Shown: piece after piece, positions 18,729-23,882 of the stretch
How positions within the stretch are numbered: the stretch's first letter is position 1
Layout: the number at the start of each line of letters is the position of its first letter
Notes under the pieces: generated by a model
What the model was told of the DNA's origin: nothing
The model's input: only the letters and a program-made list of their open reading frames with translations
Databases searched by the model: none
Made by a program: the position numbers and the translations under genes
From: a virus
Lineage: Duplodnaviria; Heunggongvirae; Uroviricota; Caudoviricetes
Virus record (IMG/VR): IMGVR_UViG_2585427765_000009
Length of the DNA stretch: 23,882 nucleotides
Direction: 5' to 3' (one strand)

Positions 18729-18761
18729 GTGAGCAGAATAATAACGGTCCGTAATTAATTC

Positions 18762-18791
18762 CGCAATAAAAAACCCGCTCGGCGGCGGGTT
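18762..18791 (-). terminator. tR'-like intrinsic terminator of the late leader transcript
   Basis: Minus-strand AACCCGCCGCCGAGCGGGTT followed by TTTTTTATTG, ~45 nt downstream of the candidate pR'. Confidence 0.6.
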
Positions 18792-18838
18792 GTAGAAACT
18801 CTTCTAACGTCAGGCATAAAAAGCCCATCATTATGACG

Positions 18839-18866
18839 AATTTACCACAGATTCCGGAAAAATCAA
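18839..18866 (-). promoter_or_regulatory. Candidate late promoter pR' (with Q-utilisation region)
   Basis: Minus-strand -35 TTGATT, 16 nt spacer, -10 TAAATT (lambda pR' is TTGACT / TAAATT), immediately after the Q stop. Confidence 0.55.
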
Positions 18867-18871
18867 CCTTG

Positions 18872-19693
18872 TTACCTAGTTACCTTTTTTAACTGCCGCT
18901 CAGCCCATGCTTCTTCAATATCAAACCGGGTCACCAGCGCATCATAGAATTTCTTAACTGTTTTTTCCCATGACGCGCGTGTTATCTGGTTTGTCACCTC
19001 GCATATAGCATTAAATGCCTCCGTTGATGGTAGTCTTTCATAGCCACGACCACCACAACGCTGGCAGTCTCTGATAACAGGCATACCACGTTTTACCGAC
19101 TCTTCACGGTGAATGGCGACACCACGCCCACGGCAATCCTTACAGGCGGTGGAAACCTCACCCTTTCCGCCACACTCCGGACAGGCAACTTTTACCACCT
19201 CCCTGACTTTTTTCCATTCTTCCCAGTAAGACGGATACACACCTTTCGTACACTTTGCCCATACCGGCGGCTTACCATCCGGATACTGGACCTTGTTTGT
19301 AAAAACTACGCTTTCAATAAATTTTTCCCCATAGCAACAAGGGCACTGCTTTTTACTCGCTGCGCTGCGGGCATAATCCTCAAAAGCGTACGAAGCCATA
19401 ATGCGCATCACTACCGGTTTTATTTCTGCCGGAAGTTTTCTCAACGCCGCCACACGATCGCACCGACTGAGTGCATAATCTGCCAGTAATTCTGTTGCCC
19501 GCGCCCTGTCATTCATACTGATGCCCATTTTCCCCAGGAACGCAGAAAACCCCATCTCAGCCCGATTCTGTGTCATGCCCTGCGCGGCCATCACATCAGT
19601 GATACTCAGCGCATCTTTTGACGTTGAGGCCGATGCATCGGTCAGGCAAGGGGATTTTGGGGAGTAGTATTTCGGTAAATCTTCCAGTTTCAT
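18872..19693 (-). CDS. Late-gene antiterminator, Q-like (Cys-rich, zinc-binding type)
   Basis: Position between rusA and pR'/tR'; CxxC clusters CPCC, CPECGGKG, CKDCRGRG, CQRCGGRG; ATGA overlap with rusA stop. Confidence 0.65.
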   Translation of the reverse strand: MKLEDLPKYYSPKSPCLTDASASTSKDALSITDVMAAQGMTQNRAEMGFSAFLGKMGISMNDRARATELLADYALSRCDRVAALRKLPAEIKPVVMRIMASYAFEDYARSAASKKQCPCCYGEKFIESVVFTNKVQYPDGKPPVWAKCTKGVYPSYWEEWKKVREVVKVACPECGGKGEVSTACKDCRGRGVAIHREESVKRGMPVIRDCQRCGGRGYERLPSTEAFNAICEVTNQITRASWEKTVKKFYDALVTRFDIEEAWAERQLKKVTR

Positions 19694-20064
19694 TTTTTGA
19701 CCTGCTCTTCATGCATTATGGGGTAAATCTTCACCCCCAGACGTCCACCAGATACTGGCTGACCACGAACGATATTGATTTCATCAAACTGCTCATCGTC
19801 CATTAACACTCCCGCATGCGTCAGCGCATCCAGCGGTGCTTTCAGGATATTGTCCAGGTCGCGACGACGCTTATCCGGTGGCTCTGCAATCACCTTTATC
19901 GCCAGCCTTCCGGACAGGCTTAATTTCAGCCGCTGCTGGCGAACAATAAGCGCCACAGCCCGGCGATAACGCTTTCCCTCCTCCGAGATAAAATATGTGC
20001 TGCCACGGCGTCGCCAGTAAGTGTTCACCGTCGGCGGGTAAGGTAAAACCAAATCTATGAGCAT
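19690..20064 (-). CDS. rusA: Holliday junction resolvase RusA
   Basis: LPYPPTVNTYWRRRG...DKRRRDLDNILKAPLDALTHAGVLMDDEQ matches the RusA DxxRRDLDN motif; SD AAGAGGTGA. Confidence 0.9.
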   Translation of the reverse strand: MLIDLVLPYPPTVNTYWRRRGSTYFISEEGKRYRRAVALIVRQQRLKLSLSGRLAIKVIAEPPDKRRRDLDNILKAPLDALTHAGVLMDDEQFDEINIVRGQPVSGGRLGVKIYPIMHEEQVKK

Positions 20065-20076
20065 CAGTCACCTCTT

Positions 20077-21126
20077 TTACCCAAGCACGCCAGTTGCAAA
20101 GGCGTGATCAAGAAAACGAAAGATTAAATCAACCTGAGAACCATGCTTTTCTTCGAACGCCAGCGGATCCGCATGAAGCTCGTTGTGATGCTCCCGACAC
20201 AGCGGTAGCGTGAAAATATCGTGAGATTTTGTCCCCATTCCGCCCTGACCATGACCAATCAGGTGATGGGGATCGTCGGCTGGCTTACCACAACACGCAC
20301 ACGGCTGTGTCTTCACCCAGCGTGTGTATTTCTCGTTAACCCAGCGGCGACGTTTAGGTCGTTTCATAAAAGATTCCGGAGACTCAGGATCAACGGCAAT
20401 GCTTACCACCGTCTTTTCCTGTAGTGGGTGTTGTTCCTGGTGGGCGTGAGGCAACAGTGCAAGATTTTTTGTGCGCTGTTTCAGTATGCTGGTGGCGGTC
20501 TGCTCTCCCGGTACGATGTCGCTTTCACGGTACATTGAGCGGATTTTTTCCGCACGCAACCCCAGCGAACGACGTAATACCGCTTCCGGTAGCGCGTCCG
20601 CCACCTGATTGCGGACCGCCCACCAGGATAATTCAGCCAGAGATAATTCACGCTCCTGCGTACCGCTTATTGCGTGACCGATGACGTCAATCATCCATGC
20701 TGACAGGTTTTGATGAGCAAGTTGCTCGAGTGATTCGGATGTCTGGTCACGCAGTTGGTTGTCGCAGTGCCAGCACAACACCATTGCGCCGGTACCATAA
20801 CGGTGAATGACGGTTTCGCTGTGATGATAATCGCCGTGTGGCCACTGGCAGGATTTAATATGGCGCAACAGCCAGTCAGACAATGCACCAGCACCACCAG
20901 CAGCACGAATCACCCGTGCGTTACTGAAAAACGGCAGCAATGTTTTGTCTTCCACCAGCGGCTGGCGAGCGGCAGGAACGACCCCGGACGGCAGATTACG
21001 CATGCTTTTCGGTTCCGGCTCCACCAGTAACCGGGTATTGTGGAATACCGGCATGGATTCACGGCCCGGCTTAACGATCACCAGCCCGAGTTCCGGTACC
21101 AGAACAGGTCGAAGTAATACCCGCAC
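20077..21126 (-). CDS. DUF968-like prophage protein (YdfU-like) with C-terminal HNH-like Cys/His motif
   Basis: 349 aa; GTG start with SD GGAGG; C-terminus CACCGKPADDPHHLIGHGQGG...CREHHNELH. Confidence 0.65.
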   Translation of the reverse strand: MRVLLRPVLVPELGLVIVKPGRESMPVFHNTRLLVEPEPKSMRNLPSGVVPAARQPLVEDKTLLPFFSNARVIRAAGGAGALSDWLLRHIKSCQWPHGDYHHSETVIHRYGTGAMVLCWHCDNQLRDQTSESLEQLAHQNLSAWMIDVIGHAISGTQERELSLAELSWWAVRNQVADALPEAVLRRSLGLRAEKIRSMYRESDIVPGEQTATSILKQRTKNLALLPHAHQEQHPLQEKTVVSIAVDPESPESFMKRPKRRRWVNEKYTRWVKTQPCACCGKPADDPHHLIGHGQGGMGTKSHDIFTLPLCREHHNELHADPLAFEEKHGSQVDLIFRFLDHAFATGVLG

Positions 21127-21127
21127 G

Positions 21128-21406
21128 TTACCTCCAGATGCGTTGCTGGAATGTGTGGGACGGACGCGGTGGGCGTTCGGAGTAAGGCAATCTGACTGAG
21201 ATTATCCAGTGACGGTAGTCGAGGCTAAGGGCTTTTTTAACCTCGTATCCGCGCCTGCGGTAACACTGAATTATCCATTCAGCCTGCTCTTCAGTGCATG
21301 GTGGATGCTGGAACCAGTCCGATTTGAATGCATGAAAACGCCGTCCGCACCTGCTGGCAAAGACGGCAGAATCATCAGAATTGTGTAATTTGGTATCGTG
21401 CGCCAT
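21128..21406 (-). CDS. Hypothetical protein coupled upstream of the DUF968 gene
   Basis: ORF ends 1 nt before the DUF968 start; start uncertain (ATG 21406 or ORF-track start 21517). Confidence 0.45.
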   Translation of the reverse strand: MAHDTKLHNSDDSAVFASRCGRRFHAFKSDWFQHPPCTEEQAEWIIQCYRRRGYEVKKALSLDYRHWIISVRLPYSERPPRPSHTFQQRIWR

Positions 21407-21769
21407 CGGTTGTCTCTGCTGGCGCAGCAGGTGCCAGTTGTTCAGGCTGGCGTATAAAGTATAAATAAACTGGTTCCAGTGTAAAGCCCCTACATTAATG
21501 GAATAAAAGTCAAACAACAGATTGTTGGGATAAACACAACGCTTATTATTAAAAGCGATTAGATAAATTAAATTTTAATGTTATGCAATTTTACCAGATC
21601 ACCATAACATCTCGTTTGAAACCACCGAAACAACAACCATATCAATATTGATTATGTTAAAGTGAGTAAATATGGAAAACAACAAATCTGCACATTACGC
21701 TCCTTTCTTATCTGTGATACTTTTTGTTTTATGCTGTGTGTGGGCATTATTTTTATAAAAATATTTACA

Positions 21770-21796
21770 GATAAAATAAACCCGCCGAAGCGGGTT
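21770..21796 (-). terminator. Predicted intrinsic terminator of the hok transcript
   Basis: Minus-strand AACCCGC-TTCG-GCGGGTT followed by TATTTTATCTG. Confidence 0.55.
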
Positions 21797-21864
21797 AAGT
21801 GCGGGTGCATTGAGGATGCCTGACACATCAGAGGTGGCGAGGGATTTCTCCCTCGCCTGGTCTC

Positions 21865-22020
21865 TTACTCCTCAGGTTCGTAAGCTGTGAAGACAGCGAC
21901 CTCCGTCTGGCCGGTTCGGATTCGTACCTCGCAGAGGTCTTTCCTCGTTACCAGTGCCGTCACTATGACGGTTAAACAGATGACGATCAGGGCGATTAAC
22001 ATCGCCTTTTGCTGCTTCAT
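21865..22020 (-). CDS. hok: Hok/Gef-family type I toxin (HokD/RelF-like)
   Basis: MKQQKAMLIALIVICLTVIVTALVTRKDLCEVRIRTGQTEVAVFTAYEPEE, near-identical to Gef/HokC as recalled; SD AAGGAGAAG; ORF-track start at 22077 is an in-frame upstream ATG. Confidence 0.9.
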   Translation of the reverse strand: MKQQKAMLIALIVICLTVIVTALVTRKDLCEVRIRTGQTEVAVFTAYEPEE

Positions 22021-22278
22021 AGCCTGCTTCTCCTTGCCTTTCGGCACGTAAGAGGCTAACCTAGATTTGCCGTTCATAGATTGAGCCTCAGATTAATGTT
22101 AAACGTCTTGCAGGACGCGTAATGTTAACTGGGGCTTTTCTCTATCTGCCTTTGGTGTTCATGCCCGAGGCAGATAGCCTCAAGCACCCGCAGTCATTCT
22201 ACTTAACTAAGATTTCCCCGCAAACCGTTTTTGTCCAGCACAATAAATATCCAACTAAACCAATGGAGTTCGCTGTAT

Positions 22279-22458
22279 TTACCGCCAGTATTCAATGCAC
22301 ATGACCGCCATGAACACCCCTAAAAAAAGGGCATTTATATATCCAAATATTAATATCAAAACATCAACTTTTTCCATATACCTTGCTGTGAAGATGATGG
22401 GCATACATGATACGAACAACCAGAACGCAACAAACAAAAACTGCAATGCGTTTTTCAT
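22279..22458 (-). CDS. Hypothetical small membrane protein (59 aa, two predicted TM helices)
   Basis: ATG 22458 with SD AGGAGG; MKNALQFLFVAFWLFVSCMPIIF...ILIFGYINALFLGVFMAVMCIEYWR; AT-rich. Confidence 0.45.
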   Translation of the reverse strand: MKNALQFLFVAFWLFVSCMPIIFTARYMEKVDVLILIFGYINALFLGVFMAVMCIEYWR

Positions 22459-22671
22459 TATTCCTCCTACAATCAATGCGCAATTACATTTAAACACACC
22501 TCAATTTGGCCGGACATATAAATATCTAAACTAGAAAAAATCACTTACATAGCGTTACAAACTCTTTAGTCTAAAGGTTCATCGTAAAACATTCCCCATA
22601 CTTATCAGTCCGTTCCGTGCCAGGTAGCTTATTGCCTTATCTGGCAACCTATATGAATCGCCACAGATAAT

Positions 22672-23484
22672 CTAGACACTTCCGAGCCGCTGATAATATT
22701 GTTTTTCGTATTCAGTTGGTGGCATATGATCACTCGAACCATGCCGACGCTTACTGTTATAAAACATTTCGATGTAATCAAAAATATCACCGCGAGCTTC
22801 TTCTCGCGTTCCGTAGATCTTTTTCTTTATCCGTTCACGTTTCAGTAACTGGAAAAAACTTTCTGCGACTGCGTTGTCATGACAGTTACCGCGACGGCTC
22901 ATACTGCCCTCCAGCCCGTGTGATTTCAGGAACGACTGCCACTCATAGCTTGTGTACTGACTGCCTTGATCAGAATGAACCAGCACCTGCTTTTGAGGAT
23001 TACGTCGCCACACGGCCATCAGAAGTGCATTCAGGACAATATCCTTTGTCATCCGGGGCTGCATTGACCAGCCAATAACTTTGCGCGAGAACAGGTCAAC
23101 AACCACAGCCAGATACAGCCAGCCTTCGTGAGTCCGGATGTAGGTGATGTCCGTTACCCAACGCTCATCCGGTGCTTCCGGGTTGAACTGCCGCTGGAGC
23201 CTGTTGGGCGTCACGATGCTGGTTTCACCCTTACGTGCCCGTGGGCTACGGTACCCGACCTGAGCCCTTATCCCGGCACGCTTCATCAGTCGCCAGACAC
23301 GGTTAACTCCGCACTGTTGTCCGGTATCCCGCAGGTCGAGGTGGATCTTGCGATAACCATAAACGCAACCCGACTCCAGCCAGAACTGCTTTATCAGCCC
23401 CGTCAGTCTCAGGTCAGCATGATGCCGCCGTGAATCCGGCTGCTGAAGCCAGGCGTAAAAACCACTCGGATGCACATCCAGCAC
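22672..23484 (-). CDS. IS3-family transposase orfB (DDE domain); true N-terminus supplied by frameshift fusion with orfA
   Basis: WVTDITYIRTHEGWLYLAVVVDLFSRKVIGW...HSDQGSQYTS...NAVAESFF motifs. Confidence 0.85.
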   Translation of the reverse strand: MLDVHPSGFYAWLQQPDSRRHHADLRLTGLIKQFWLESGCVYGYRKIHLDLRDTGQQCGVNRVWRLMKRAGIRAQVGYRSPRARKGETSIVTPNRLQRQFNPEAPDERWVTDITYIRTHEGWLYLAVVVDLFSRKVIGWSMQPRMTKDIVLNALLMAVWRRNPQKQVLVHSDQGSQYTSYEWQSFLKSHGLEGSMSRRGNCHDNAVAESFFQLLKRERIKKKIYGTREEARGDIFDYIEMFYNSKRRHGSSDHMPPTEYEKQYYQRLGSV

Positions 23485-23540
23485 CCGACAAAGCAGTCGG
23501 ACAGGCCAGCAATGGGTGTTGTCACGGATAAAGGCGTACC

Positions 23541-23819
23541 TCAGTCGGACAGCTTTGCGAAGTACGCCGCGGCTTTTTTTAATATGTCCCGTTCGTCGGT
23601 AACCCGCTTCAGCTCTTTCTGGAGGCGTCGGATCTCAGCCTGAGCGTCTGACTGGACTTTATTGGTTGAGGAATCCGGGCCATATGCCTTTATCCAGGCA
23701 TAAAGACTGTGGGTGGTGATACCGAGACGTGTTGCCACGCTGGAAACAGAATGGCCGCGATCAACAACCTGTTTTACCGCTTCAATTTTAAACTCTTCGG
23801 GATAACGCTTACCGCTCAT
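23541..23819 (-). CDS. IS3-family transposase orfA
   Basis: HTH region plus leucine-zipper-like C-terminus ending AAAYFAK; SD GAGAGGTG; ORF-track GTG at 23825 or ATG at 23819. Confidence 0.85.
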   Translation of the reverse strand: MSGKRYPEEFKIEAVKQVVDRGHSVSSVATRLGITTHSLYAWIKAYGPDSSTNKVQSDAQAEIRRLQKELKRVTDERDILKKAAAYFAKLSD

Positions 23820-23882
23820 GGGCACCTCTCTTTAAGTCATCTTAAATGACTCTGAGGTGTCTGTTAAACCCGTGGCGATTCA

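Larger units (their letters stand above)
22654..23882 (-). mobile_element. IS3-family insertion sequence (IS3 group), apparently complete, 1229 bp
   Basis: Terminal inverted repeats TGAATCGCCACAGATAATCTAGACAC (22654) and TGAATCGCCACGGGTTTAACAGACAC (reverse complement of window end); orfA/orfB pair; TG...CA termini. Confidence 0.85.

Noticed and set aside
21672-21758. 28-aa hydrophobic plus-strand peptide (MENNKSAHYAPFLSVILFVLCCVWALFL)
   Set aside because: Weak RBS in AT-rich DNA where short hydrophobic ORFs arise by chance; noted only as a possible small toxin-like peptide for ribosome profiling
22021-22077. ORF-track start of hok at 22077 (70-aa product)
   Set aside because: The internal ATG at 22020 has a strong SD and yields the canonical ~51-aa Hok; the upstream in-frame ATG is kept only as a possible Mok-like start
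1-23882. CRISPR arrays, integrase or attachment sites, and a composite transposon formed by the two IS elements
   Set aside because: No regularly spaced direct repeats; no tyrosine or serine recombinase ORF; the two IS elements are different family members with unrelated ends, so they are unlikely to act as one composite transposon

Overview
This window is a lambdoid prophage remnant (about 21.5 kb, positions 1144-22653) bracketed by two IS3-family insertion sequences, with essentially every gene on the minus strand. The most interesting content is accessory cargo inserted into otherwise standard phage modules. Reading the phage in its own orientation (high to low coordinates): a Hok/Gef type I toxin with a small membrane ORF upstream, a DUF968-like protein, RusA, a Q-like antiterminator with a lambda-like pR'/tR' pair, two phage tRNAs (Ile2-CAU and Arg-UCU), then a cargo locus at the position where Shiga-toxin phages carry stx. 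That locus holds an AT-rich hypothetical ORF and two tandem lipoproteins whose C-terminal domains align closely with TolA domain III; this is my lead candidate for an undescribed system, possibly a Tol-pathway decoy or exclusion function. Next comes a phage-21-type lysis cassette (dual-start pinholin, SAR endolysin, Rz/Rz1) carrying two extra inserted ORFs. Below that are an AT-rich divergent gene pair, a candidate cos site, terminase small and large subunits, a W-like protein, portal, a ClpP-protease/major-capsid fusion, head-tail joining proteins, Z, U, V and G/T with a -1 frameshift site. The tape-measure gene H is inactivated by a frameshift and truncated by an IS629-like insertion. No integrase, immunity or replication genes, stx genes or CRISPR array are present. 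All family assignments are from reading the translations and recalling reference sequences; no database search was run.
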